From the IMG/VR virus record IMGVR_UViG_3300027667_000003, positions 7,606 to 71,605 of that record: a stretch of DNA of 64,000 nt. One strand, 5' to 3'. The notes beneath the pieces are model-generated. The model saw nothing but the letters and a program-made list of their open reading frames with translations. It made no database searches and was not told the origin of the DNA. Within the stretch, counting starts at the first letter, position 1. Each line of letters begins with the position of its first letter. Positions 53,067 through 62,390 of this stretch are shown here, one piece after another. The position numbers and the translations under genes are program-made. This stretch comes from a virus.

Positions 53067-54152
53067 TTACTTCCTCTCCCATTCTACCAGCTTCTGCCAG
53101 ATTGTCAAGTGTTTTCTTTGAAGATACTGAAGCCAATGCTTTACACCCTCATCGTTCTGCCTTTCAATGCATCGGAAGCCTTCCAAAGCCGCACAGGATT
53201 GGGACAAAAGATTCACACCCACCCTTGCTATGTCCATCGCATCGTCAGAATCTGCTTTCCAATCCTCGGGCACCCAAGTGATAGCACTACTTACTACACT
53301 GGGTACACCACAATAGATCCCGTCGGCCGTGACCATGTTAAACGATTCAGTATAAGAAGGCTGCAATAGCAGATCCATCTTACCTACGATTTCTACAAAC
53401 TCTTCCCAAGGTCGCCAGGGATGCTTAACCAATGTAATGCCTTGAATTCCACTACACATAGCTACGATTGCCCGACCGACATCTCCGCCGTCACCTTCTC
53501 CACCGAAACTCATGTGTATTTCAACTGGAACATCCAATATCGCTTGAATAGCTGCTGCGCCGGCGGCCGCTGTCATAAAATTCTTGAGGGGTCGAATTGC
53601 TCCAAATATCCCGATCTTAACGGTACTAACACCGTCCCAGGTTTTTTCAACTACACCTGATAGGGGATAAAGATTAGGAAGATAAACGATTTTTGTCTTA
53701 TAAACTTTTTCCATCCAACGTACAAATCGAAGAGAATTACCGCCCACTCGAATGTTATCATGTGTCTTAGCTAATTCTAAAGCGTCCAGCAAATGTCGCA
53801 TACCCAAAGGATCGGCCTGAAGAAAACCCACATTGGAATGAGATTCTATCACAAATTGAATGCGAGGAAAACCTTCAATAAGGCTCTCCATATCCATCTC
53901 ACTCAACCAAGGTGCTGAAATGATCACATGGGTAAAAGAATGCTGATGTTCTCTTTCGTAATCCTTTATTTCATCTACCAAATCAATATTATGCTTTACC
54001 GGAAGAACAGATGTTTTAATACCATGTCTTCGAAGTACACGGGCGTTTGTTAAAGCTGCTACGTTCAGGCCTATATGTGAAAGACCCGTCCAACTCGCGA
54101 AGTTTTTAAACGCAATGCCGACTCTTAATTCATCTTTCGGTATCTCTCTCAT
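53067..54152 (-). CDS. GT4-like (GT-B) glycosyltransferase
   Basis: IGIFGAIRPLKN, MDLLLQPSYTESFNMVTADGIYCGVPSV. Confidence 0.8.
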   Translation of the reverse strand: MREIPKDELRVGIAFKNFASWTGLSHIGLNVAALTNARVLRRHGIKTSVLPVKHNIDLVDEIKDYEREHQHSFTHVIISAPWLSEMDMESLIEGFPRIQFVIESHSNVGFLQADPLGMRHLLDALELAKTHDNIRVGGNSLRFVRWMEKVYKTKIVYLPNLYPLSGVVEKTWDGVSTVKIGIFGAIRPLKNFMTAAAGAAAIQAILDVPVEIHMSFGGEGDGGDVGRAIVAMCSGIQGITLVKHPWRPWEEFVEIVGKMDLLLQPSYTESFNMVTADGIYCGVPSVVSSAITWVPEDWKADSDDAMDIARVGVNLLSQSCAALEGFRCIERQNDEGVKHWLQYLQRKHLTIWQKLVEWERK

Positions 54153-54175
54153 GGCCCGCGCCCCAGTCTAAATTT

Positions 54176-57100
54176 TTATTTACCTTTCAAAATTGCTCGA
54201 ACATAATTTTTTGTTTCTTCGGGTGTATGATCTAACCAATTATCACCCCATTTATCAACTGCATTTTGAACTCTATCTGGACTCCAATTGTATGCTGCTA
54301 AAGCTCGATCCCAGCGACCGAACTGATTGTGAAGTTGTGCCATGAGTTTCGCGCCGCCTGCTATATTCTGAACGGGATCGAAAGAATCTTGAACACCCAA
54401 AGCTTTCGCGGTTGGGTCCATGAGTTGCATCACCCCTTTGGCCCCTTTTTTACTGATTGCTCGGGGGTTTAAACCCGATTCTTGACGAGCCTGAGCGCGG
54501 AAGATATCCTGCGGGATACCATTGTCAGTTGCAGCCCGATCAATCAAACTAGGAATGTCTGTCTCTCTTCCCTCAGATTTAAAAGCGGTTTTTGTGGGTT
54601 GGAGTTCTTGTGTTTTAACTGCGGGTTTCTCTTCTTTCTTAGTCAAACCGGCTAACGCGCCTAATCCTCCGGCCGCAACTAATGCGCCCGCTAGAGGGTA
54701 GTTTGGTTTTTCTGTCTTTTTATTTAACTGGGTAGGGCTTTGTCCAACTCGGCTCTCGCGGCCGCTTTCTGTTCTGGCGACAGCCCTTTCACTACGTTCT
54801 TCAGTGCCCCCACCAACTCGCGGGGCGTTCCCTTGGCCGGAATTTTTGGATTGCTCATCTTTAATCTCCTTGGCGATCTGCGCGACTCGCTCCTTACTCA
54901 TGTGATGAGTTGTGGGCAGATCTTCTTCGCGCTGGCCGGAATACTTTTTAACTATATCAGCGAATCCGGGCTGTGTCAATACCTCGCGGGCTCGATTCTT
55001 CGCGGCCTCGATCTTGGCTACGGCATCGTCGTAAGTATACCCCAAAGCGCTTAAAAGACTGTGCGCCTCATGAATATCGCCTTTCATGCCCGCATTACTT
55101 TCCATGGGTGTGCCACTGAAAGCTTCTTCTCCCGCGCCGCCACCCATCAATAAAGTCAGAAAATCGTGAATGTGCGGAACAACCTTATCGTAGTCAATTC
55201 CATGTTTCGTTGCGCCCCAAGGATCTAAGTCTATGCTAACGGACGCGGCCGTGTTATCTACACGATTGTCCGGATGACGATCACTACGAATGCCGTCGTC
55301 TGTCCCCAAGCCCATAGAATCACCTACAAGCGCATGACCTAGCTCGTGGTGAATGTCATCCATAACTTCGCCCGGATAGTGCACAGTTTCAGGCAACCTC
55401 TCTAAAAGAGTTTTCTGAAGTTTAAACGAAGTGGGGTTGGGTTGAGATAGATCTAAACGATAAATCCCGTTCTCAACATCTACGGGATAACCTTTTTTCT
55501 GAAGAGCTTTCCACGCACTCGCGGCCGATGGGCTGGTTTCGCCCTTGGCATCTGAAGTAAAAAACTTAGCGCCTTGAGTCTGAGCTTTGTTCGCGGCCTC
55601 CAAAATCAGCTTTTGACCGTAGCCTTTTCCGCGTTCGCCTTCATCTAACCAACTGGAATTGACGGACGCATTTTCGCCTTTATGGGTGAAGTACAACGCA
55701 CCCATGTCTTCGTCGCCGATACGTAATTTGGCTTCGTTGATACCTTCTTTACTGCCCCCGTGTACTATCTCGGGAGCGGGCGTTGTGGCTGCCGCCCCCT
55801 TATTAGGGTTTTCAACTTCTCCGAAACCCTCGGGCTGCACCGTACGGCCCATTCTTACACCACCCGGTTTAGTGGGGATTGCAGCTTCTTTCGATGGGCC
55901 GGCCTTCTGCATGCGCTCCAATGCCTTACGCGTAAGTACATTGGGGTTCTCTTGTTGATCTCTCCACCAATCTGCGCCCAAAGAAGACAACTCCCCTATG
56001 ATAGCGCCCGGTGCTCCGCCTAATACCGCACCGGCGATCGCAGGCATCGCACCCCAACCTTTACGTCCGGTCAACCCTTTCCAGACGCTCCACTTTCCTG
56101 CGTCCTCTGATCTCTTGGCTGCATCGCGCAGTGCATCTCGAACATCAATGAGGCCTGCTTCTTGTCTCCGCCACTCTTGAACACCTTCGACACCCAAATC
56201 TTCAAACTTCTGATCAATCGCCTCTCGAAGAGCCCTATTGGCAACTGCTTTAGCATAAACTTCGGCAGAAGGAACTTTGCCCGCTTCGCCAAATGCAGGA
56301 GTAGAATCTTCTTTAAATCTTTGACGAATGTTTTCCGCACCGTAAAGATCAGGAGTCGGAGCAACGCGATTGACAGTTGGAGTCATCTCACCGGTGTTAG
56401 GATCTTTCGCCATCTTAGTTTCCAATCCTAACATCTTCATAACCGATGAAGAAGCTTTTTCGATTTCGTCCGGACTATATTTACGTTCAGCTTTATTCCA
56501 ACCTTCGTTCAAAGCATTTTGAATTTCAGTTTCAACGCCCTCCATACGGGCTTGCGGTAAACCGCGCATGTCCGCGGCTTTAGCCTTCAACTGAGACTCA
56601 ATACCGTTACGGTGGTTTTCGATCGCCTCGGCCATATCCACCGGAGTTTCAACGTTCGGATTTTTGTTGGCTATCACCGATAACTGTGGCATAGCATCTT
56701 TCAACGTAGTACGAAAATCATCGGCGACTAAACCTTTACCGGGTTTGATAGCTTTATACAAATTATCTGCGGCTGCTTCTAAATGCTCTGCCGGAGTTGC
56801 TTCTGGAGTTTTATCTGGAATCAAAGCTGCGGCCATCTTCGGAATAGCAGAAGAAACTTTACTAGCTGCTCGGCCCAAAGCTGCGTCGGCTGCGGCACCG
56901 GCTTTCGTCCAAGGCTGGGCGGCCGCCTCTCCTGGTGCTGTTTTAGTAGTGGCATGTTGAGTAGCCAGAGTAGACATGGCCCCGCTTAAAACGGCATGAG
57001 TGAGTTGATATTCTGCTTCTGGGGCATCGCCTGCATCGTAGGCTTCTTTAAAAGCTTTCATATGCTTATAGGCATTAGCGATTGTATCGCCGGCGAACCC

Positions 57101-57790
57101 CGCGCTGACCAAGCGGCTAGCCATACCCAAAGCTTGGGGCGACTCAACCATGCCCATTCCGCCCGTAGCAACCATCGTCGCCAACATCTGAGGACTGACA
57201 AAACTCTGGGCCGCCTCAGCGATCGCTTTCCCCATAGGGTGTTTCTTTTTATCCACAAACTGTGCAGCGTCTACCGGAGGTTTTGCCAAAGAACTTTTAA
57301 TTTCCTCATGAGCACCCTCACCTTTAAAATCTGGGTTGACTTTTTGAATAAATTTCTCAAGAGGACTACCCGGAATAACATGCGGACGCTCAGAGTCCCA
57401 AATCTTTCCTAATCCTTGTCGTACATTTCCATGAAGAATGTCTGACGCACCGGAAATCTCAGTAGATGCTTCTTTCGTTGGAGCTTCATTCGCAGATCCT
57501 AATACCGTATTAGGTCCGGTAAATAGTTTCCCTATTGTAGATTGAGGAGGTGCAGCCGTCGCAGTGGGTGCAATCGTTCCGCCGAACTGTTTAACCAAAT
57601 CGTTATAGTTGGCATGTGAAGCAACGTCGGCCGAAGCACCGGCTGGAGCCTTTGAAACCGGAGCATCGGTAGGTGCAACAGTCTGGGTAGAGGATGCAGC
57701 CGGAGCAGGGGTCGCAGCTACCGTTCCACCAAACTGCTTTGCTAACGCGGCATAATCCGGAGTTTCTTGTCCGTTCTGATCGTCAGGCAT
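54176..57790 (-). CDS. large virion ejection protein with GNAT-like, M41-like metallopeptidase and lytic transglycosylase domains
   Basis: RGKGYGQKL (about 55443-55742), HHELGH...MGGGAGEE (about 54950-55370), QESG...GAKGVMQLM...ALAAYN...ETKNYV (about 54179-54560). Confidence 0.8.
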   Translation of the reverse strand: MPDDQNGQETPDYAALAKQFGGTVAATPAPAASSTQTVAPTDAPVSKAPAGASADVASHANYNDLVKQFGGTIAPTATAAPPQSTIGKLFTGPNTVLGSANEAPTKEASTEISGASDILHGNVRQGLGKIWDSERPHVIPGSPLEKFIQKVNPDFKGEGAHEEIKSSLAKPPVDAAQFVDKKKHPMGKAIAEAAQSFVSPQMLATMVATGGMGMVESPQALGMASRLVSAGFAGDTIANAYKHMKAFKEAYDAGDAPEAEYQLTHAVLSGAMSTLATQHATTKTAPGEAAAQPWTKAGAAADAALGRAASKVSSAIPKMAAALIPDKTPEATPAEHLEAAADNLYKAIKPGKGLVADDFRTTLKDAMPQLSVIANKNPNVETPVDMAEAIENHRNGIESQLKAKAADMRGLPQARMEGVETEIQNALNEGWNKAERKYSPDEIEKASSSVMKMLGLETKMAKDPNTGEMTPTVNRVAPTPDLYGAENIRQRFKEDSTPAFGEAGKVPSAEVYAKAVANRALREAIDQKFEDLGVEGVQEWRRQEAGLIDVRDALRDAAKRSEDAGKWSVWKGLTGRKGWGAMPAIAGAVLGGAPGAIIGELSSLGADWWRDQQENPNVLTRKALERMQKAGPSKEAAIPTKPGGVRMGRTVQPEGFGEVENPNKGAAATTPAPEIVHGGSKEGINEAKLRIGDEDMGALYFTHKGENASVNSSWLDEGERGKGYGQKLILEAANKAQTQGAKFFTSDAKGETSPSAASAWKALQKKGYPVDVENGIYRLDLSQPNPTSFKLQKTLLERLPETVHYPGEVMDDIHHELGHALVGDSMGLGTDDGIRSDRHPDNRVDNTAASVSIDLDPWGATKHGIDYDKVVPHIHDFLTLLMGGGAGEEAFSGTPMESNAGMKGDIHEAHSLLSALGYTYDDAVAKIEAAKNRAREVLTQPGFADIVKKYSGQREEDLPTTHHMSKERVAQIAKEIKDEQSKNSGQGNAPRVGGGTEERSERAVARTESGRESRVGQSPTQLNKKTEKPNYPLAGALVAAGGLGALAGLTKKEEKPAVKTQELQPTKTAFKSEGRETDIPSLIDRAATDNGIPQDIFRAQARQESGLNPRAISKKGAKGVMQLMDPTAKALGVQDSFDPVQNIAGGAKLMAQLHNQFGRWDRALAAYNWSPDRVQNAVDKWGDNWLDHTPEETKNYVRAILKGK

Positions 57791-59889
57791 TATTGTTTGA
57801 CTCCTGATTGAGCGGCCAAAGCCGCCTTAAACTGATCCGCTTGTTCCTGTGTATTGAAATGAGCGGAGTGGCCGTCCGGAAGGGGTACCTCAATTGTAGC
57901 CTGAGCCGCTTGTCCTTTATTTCGAATATACTGCGCAGCTTCGATCTGCTGAGGACTAACACCCGGCATCGGTTTGTTCCAACGAGAAGAAGGCATCGCA
58001 TCTTTCCATTCATTTTGATATTGGGAAACTTTTTCCATAATGCGATCATTCTGTTCTTCGACTGCGGCTTGCTTAGAGCCTTGAGGATCCAGTGTTCTGA
58101 AGACCGAAGGATCCAAAGAATTCTTAGCTCCCTCGATGTCTTGATTACTAGGGGCATTACCGCCAGCAAGAAATCGAGCTAACTCCATAGAAGCGTCATT
58201 CAAATCAGCCTGGCGTTTTGCATAATTCACTCCGCCGATGAGAGCACCCGGAAGTTTATTATCATCATACAATGCTTTCAAGTGAACTAAAGAAGTACCG
58301 GCAGAGTTCAACTGATTGGCAACTTGTCCGCTCGTGAATTTTTTAGTGGCCTCAACATATCCACCGATCTTACTAACATCAAGTTGAGGATCAGAGAGTG
58401 CCGCTTCTGCAAGGAACTGCTGACCGTCTTTACTCGATAGCATACGCTGTAGCTGGCCGGGAGGCAATTGACCGTTGATAAAAGCCTGCATCACAGGTTG
58501 ACGAGACGGAGGCAAAGATTTAAGATAAGGCTGACCGGTTAAATTAGGATCGCCTTCAACTTCCAACGGCTTGTTCTTAGCCGCAGTAGCGTTGGCCTTA
58601 ATATTCTCCAAAGATGATTTTTCCCATTGATCAATACTCTTGTCAATGATCTTTTGACCCATGCCATTCTTAACGGAGTCCAACTGCTTCTGAACAGCTT
58701 GAGCATGATCGGTCGGCTGACCGGTCTTAGAATCAATTTCCTTAGCGGCATCCTGCATATTCTTCATTGCCAGTCCGGGATCACCTTTAGCATCATTGAG
58801 CCAAGGCAAAAACGTGTGGCCGGCTTCTCGAAACTCTGCTTTATCCTGAAGCTCCGCCAACTTCTCTTTCGTGGTACCACCTTCAAGTGCAGCTTGAGAG
58901 GCTGCATTTTCTTCCACAACTTTAAGCCCGATTTGAGCACGCAATGCACCCGCATCTCGGGGCTGAAGAACATCGCCTTCTTTAAAATCTTTACCCAAAT
59001 ATTTCTTGGCCTGAGATGCAATACTTGCATTAATGGTTAATGGATCACCCCAAGTCAAAGCAGAATAGGTTGCTTGACGTTGCGGTGCCCCCGTAGGCTT
59101 CCCGTTGCGATCAGTGCCTTGAATAATATCGCCGTTAGGGTCAGTCACATTGCGCCAACCGTCTTGATGAAGATTCTGATCAGACAACCACTTCATTCCT
59201 TGGGGATCCGAATCTGATTTGTGCTGAGCAGCCAATTGCTTCAATTCCATATCCGTCATGTTAGCCTGAATCACTGTTTGACCGGCATCTTTCTGTGCAG
59301 TTTCCCAAGGCTTGTAGATCTTATTATACATTTCATCTTGCGCTTCTGAAGTACTATGACGCAAAGCATCCTGAGTCTTGACACCCCGAATAAGAGTGTC
59401 AGCATCCTGAGCATCTTGCTTCATCTTGAGTTCTTTAGTCTTATAGTCGTTTTCAAACTCTTGCTGCTTAGCTTGAGAAGCCTGCTTCTTCTGTTCATTC
59501 TGCTGAGCTTGGCGTGCTTCCATCACTTTACCTACACCGTAAAGAGCGCCACCGCCCGCGGGAACTTTCCCGATATTTCCGACTCCCGCCAATGCTGATT
59601 GCAAGCCGCCTACAAGAGCTTTAGCCCAGGCTCCAGGTGCCGACGGATCGCTGGCAGTTTTAATAAGTTTATCGGCATTGCGAGCAAACTGGGTGCGCAG
59701 ATCTTCCGATACGCCACCTTTAGGCGGAGGAGGTGGAAGGCCACCCAATGAAGATGCTCCACCCGTTGATGTGGTATCCATTGGAAGAGCACCCGTAGTA
59801 TCCGGTGCTCCCGTCGAAGGAGCCGCAGTCGATGCCGCAGGATCGGTTTGTCCACCTAAAAGTTGTTCTGGTGATAATTCCAATGCCAT
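57790..59889 (-). CDS. internal virion / DNA ejection protein
   Basis: Ala/Gln/Gly-rich helical 699-aa protein between the pilot-like gene and the transglycosylase gene; podovirus-like order. Confidence 0.6.
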   Translation of the reverse strand: MALELSPEQLLGGQTDPAASTAAPSTGAPDTTGALPMDTTSTGGASSLGGLPPPPPKGGVSEDLRTQFARNADKLIKTASDPSAPGAWAKALVGGLQSALAGVGNIGKVPAGGGALYGVGKVMEARQAQQNEQKKQASQAKQQEFENDYKTKELKMKQDAQDADTLIRGVKTQDALRHSTSEAQDEMYNKIYKPWETAQKDAGQTVIQANMTDMELKQLAAQHKSDSDPQGMKWLSDQNLHQDGWRNVTDPNGDIIQGTDRNGKPTGAPQRQATYSALTWGDPLTINASIASQAKKYLGKDFKEGDVLQPRDAGALRAQIGLKVVEENAASQAALEGGTTKEKLAELQDKAEFREAGHTFLPWLNDAKGDPGLAMKNMQDAAKEIDSKTGQPTDHAQAVQKQLDSVKNGMGQKIIDKSIDQWEKSSLENIKANATAAKNKPLEVEGDPNLTGQPYLKSLPPSRQPVMQAFINGQLPPGQLQRMLSSKDGQQFLAEAALSDPQLDVSKIGGYVEATKKFTSGQVANQLNSAGTSLVHLKALYDDNKLPGALIGGVNYAKRQADLNDASMELARFLAGGNAPSNQDIEGAKNSLDPSVFRTLDPQGSKQAAVEEQNDRIMEKVSQYQNEWKDAMPSSRWNKPMPGVSPQQIEAAQYIRNKGQAAQATIEVPLPDGHSAHFNTQEQADQFKAALAAQSGVKQ

Positions 59890-59905
59890 TGTAAAACTCC
59901 TTTAA

Positions 59906-60556
59906 TTATCCAGCTAATGACTTTAAACCACCCTGAAGTCCACCACCGCCCATCGCACCTGCGCCGAATGTTGCAGCATCCATACCCAAACCTACAATTC
60001 CTCCGGCAATATCCGCTTCCATTTGACCTTGCTGTTGAGAAATTGCACTAGCTGATCCGAAAGCCTGACCTTGCGCCGTAGTAGTTGCGCCGGCGAAACC
60101 CAAGGGATTCTGAATACCTGCCAATGTCTGATATCCGCCAATAGCTGTCTCAGTGTTCCGCTCAGCCTGAGCTTGATTGGCTAATTGAATCTGAGCCTGT
60201 TCTGTCGATAACTGTCCTGCGCCTTGACTTGCAATACCGGCTTTAATCTGAGCATCTACACCCGATTCTAATCCACTGTCTCCACCGCGGCCAGCTAATT
60301 GATTATTTGTAGCTCGGGCAGCCTTTGCATAGTTAGCGCCCGTAGTATCAATTGCAGAAGTGTTAAGCGCAGCCAAAGTATTTGCGTCAAATCCAGGAAG
60401 CAATTTACCTTGAGATACTCCTGAGAGAATATTCCCTAAGGAACTCAATGTCATGGTCTGCCCAGCAAATCTTGATGAAAAATCTTGCGACAGAAGATTT
60501 GAAAAACTGGCCTGTTGGCCTGCGATCTGCTTCTCTTGTCCTGACGGTCCGCACAC
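59906..60556 (-). CDS. small internal virion (DNA pilot-like) protein
   Basis: Gly/Ala/Gln/Ser-rich with C-terminal Gly zipper GGIVGLGMDAATFGAGAMGGGG. Confidence 0.6.
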   Translation of the reverse strand: MCGPSGQEKQIAGQQASFSNLLSQDFSSRFAGQTMTLSSLGNILSGVSQGKLLPGFDANTLAALNTSAIDTTGANYAKAARATNNQLAGRGGDSGLESGVDAQIKAGIASQGAGQLSTEQAQIQLANQAQAERNTETAIGGYQTLAGIQNPLGFAGATTTAQGQAFGSASAISQQQGQMEADIAGGIVGLGMDAATFGAGAMGGGGLQGGLKSLAG

Positions 60557-60569
60557 AGTGCTACCTCTC

Positions 60570-60986
60570 TTAAAACATAAAAATATAATCGTTGGTATTT
60601 TCTACTGACTTAAAACCCATTCTATCCATAAAACGAATCAACAAAGGTGATACAGATTCAAACACAAATCCTTTAGCCCCTTCTTGCTTTGCCTTAAAAG
60701 CTAAAGCTGGAATAGCTCGCGATATCACCCGTATCACTCTAGTTTTTGTGACTTCATTTTCCGGTGCAAACTGAGTGTGCAATCGAACTAATTCCCCTTC
60801 TAAATCGAAACGAAAGTACATCGTTGGCCCACCTGCATCTTCTATACAACCGGACAAAACTCCTTGACCGGTCAGCCACCATCCAGGCCCATCGATCGAT
60901 GCTTTCGCACAATGATATGGATCGGCTAGTGCCCAACGAAGAATCTGCGGTTGATCATCCGGAAGTGTGGAAGTGAATTTAATCAT
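60570..60986 (-). CDS. GNAT-like protein in the virion module
   Basis: RLHTQF...FESVSPLLIRFMDRMGFK; position before the pilot gene as in podoviruses; TAATG overlap at 60986. Confidence 0.5.
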   Translation of the reverse strand: MIKFTSTLPDDQPQILRWALADPYHCAKASIDGPGWWLTGQGVLSGCIEDAGGPTMYFRFDLEGELVRLHTQFAPENEVTKTRVIRVISRAIPALAFKAKQEGAKGFVFESVSPLLIRFMDRMGFKSVENTNDYIFMF

Positions 60987-62389
60987 TAGGCTGGATTCCA
61001 AATAAAATCAAAAAAATCTATGGCAATTTGTTTGTTCTGAGTAGGGGATGCACTCGTATCGTTTCCAAACAAAAATGCTGGAACAACTGCTGGAAAACCC
61101 GTAGCAACTTGCGACGTATTCACAACAGTAGAAATAGTTGCTGTGGGCACTGACCAAGATAAATGATCCTTGTCTCCAACGTATTGGAGGGGAAACGTCC
61201 CATTTAAAGTTGCCAAAGTCCCGGTAAATCCTGTGAAAGTAACTAAAGAACCCGTACTAAATGGCCCGTCGTTTCCTGCAAAAGAAGCGGTAGCTACGTG
61301 ATTATTTACTATAGCCGAGCCCGATCCGCCGGAATTAAGAGCGAATGTCGGCACCGCCAATGTTGCCGTAGCTGAGGATCCGTCAGTTCCTGACAAAGAA
61401 AAATTAACAGATCCTGACCCGTTGCTTGACATCGTAAGCGTATACCAAGTAAACTCAGTGGGAACAATTGTGGTGTTAAAGGTGTTGCCTTGAACATTGC
61501 TAACTGAACCAGATGTAACATCATTTGCAACGCATTCAAACCAAAAGGTTGAATCACCAATAGAAGGGGATGTCGTATCCGTATCGAACCTCAACCAGGC
61601 TCCTGCTGCTGGCCTTCTAAAAACATTTTCTGAAGCGTTAGAAGGGCTTATATAACCCACATATAAACTAGTTTGAACTAAAGGAAATGCTGATGCTGTT
61701 GCTGATCCGGCGGGATCTGGATACCGTTTTACTTGAAAAATCATTGTGGAGGTCCAAACAGGGTAATCAAATAAAGGCCACAATGCGTTTTCAGATCCCG
61801 CTTGGCCGGCTTGACTAATAGAAGGAAAAGTCAACTCTGTCGTACTCGTGCCACTAGAAGGAGATGAACTATTTGGAAAATTAAATGTTCCTAAATGTGG
61901 AAAGCCCCCCGAAGATGTATAAGCCAAAGTAAATGTAGATCCTGCACAATTCCATTTTAATTCCCCACCAGGAATCGCATTTGCAACAGCATTATCCGTA
62001 CCGAAAGCAAAGTGATCTATAAACTGAATAGCATTGGGTACAAAAGTTGAAGTTACAGGAACTTGTTTCGGCAAACCTGCAATCGCCTGATTGACAATTG
62101 TCGTGGCAACGCCTATCGCCTTGGCGTTATCACCCGCACCGCCTTGAACCGGCATGAGTCTTACTGTTCCTAAACCAGGAGCGGTATCTGTTTTAGCCAA
62201 ATCCGTAGCTAACCCGAAATTAGGAGGCAGAGGACCAGAATTAAATGGATCGCGGCCTGTTGGAGTTGGAGGACCACCTACGGGAAGATTGGGATTAATG
62301 GGCGGAGCATCCACTGGCTGCCAATTTTCCGGCATACCATAATTATTTTCCGGTCCGTCTTCTTGAGGGGGCTTCTTTTTGTCTGGCAT
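60986..62389 (-). CDS. Ser/Thr-rich beta-structured virion protein (fibre/lectin-like) with Pro-rich N-terminus
   Basis: Composition and position in the structural arm; start set at MPDKKK. Confidence 0.55.
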   Translation of the reverse strand: MPDKKKPPQEDGPENNYGMPENWQPVDAPPINPNLPVGGPPTPTGRDPFNSGPLPPNFGLATDLAKTDTAPGLGTVRLMPVQGGAGDNAKAIGVATTIVNQAIAGLPKQVPVTSTFVPNAIQFIDHFAFGTDNAVANAIPGGELKWNCAGSTFTLAYTSSGGFPHLGTFNFPNSSSPSSGTSTTELTFPSISQAGQAGSENALWPLFDYPVWTSTMIFQVKRYPDPAGSATASAFPLVQTSLYVGYISPSNASENVFRRPAAGAWLRFDTDTTSPSIGDSTFWFECVANDVTSGSVSNVQGNTFNTTIVPTEFTWYTLTMSSNGSGSVNFSLSGTDGSSATATLAVPTFALNSGGSGSAIVNNHVATASFAGNDGPFSTGSLVTFTGFTGTLATLNGTFPLQYVGDKDHLSWSVPTATISTVVNTSQVATGFPAVVPAFLFGNDTSASPTQNKQIAIDFFDFIWNPA

Positions 62390-62390
62390 T

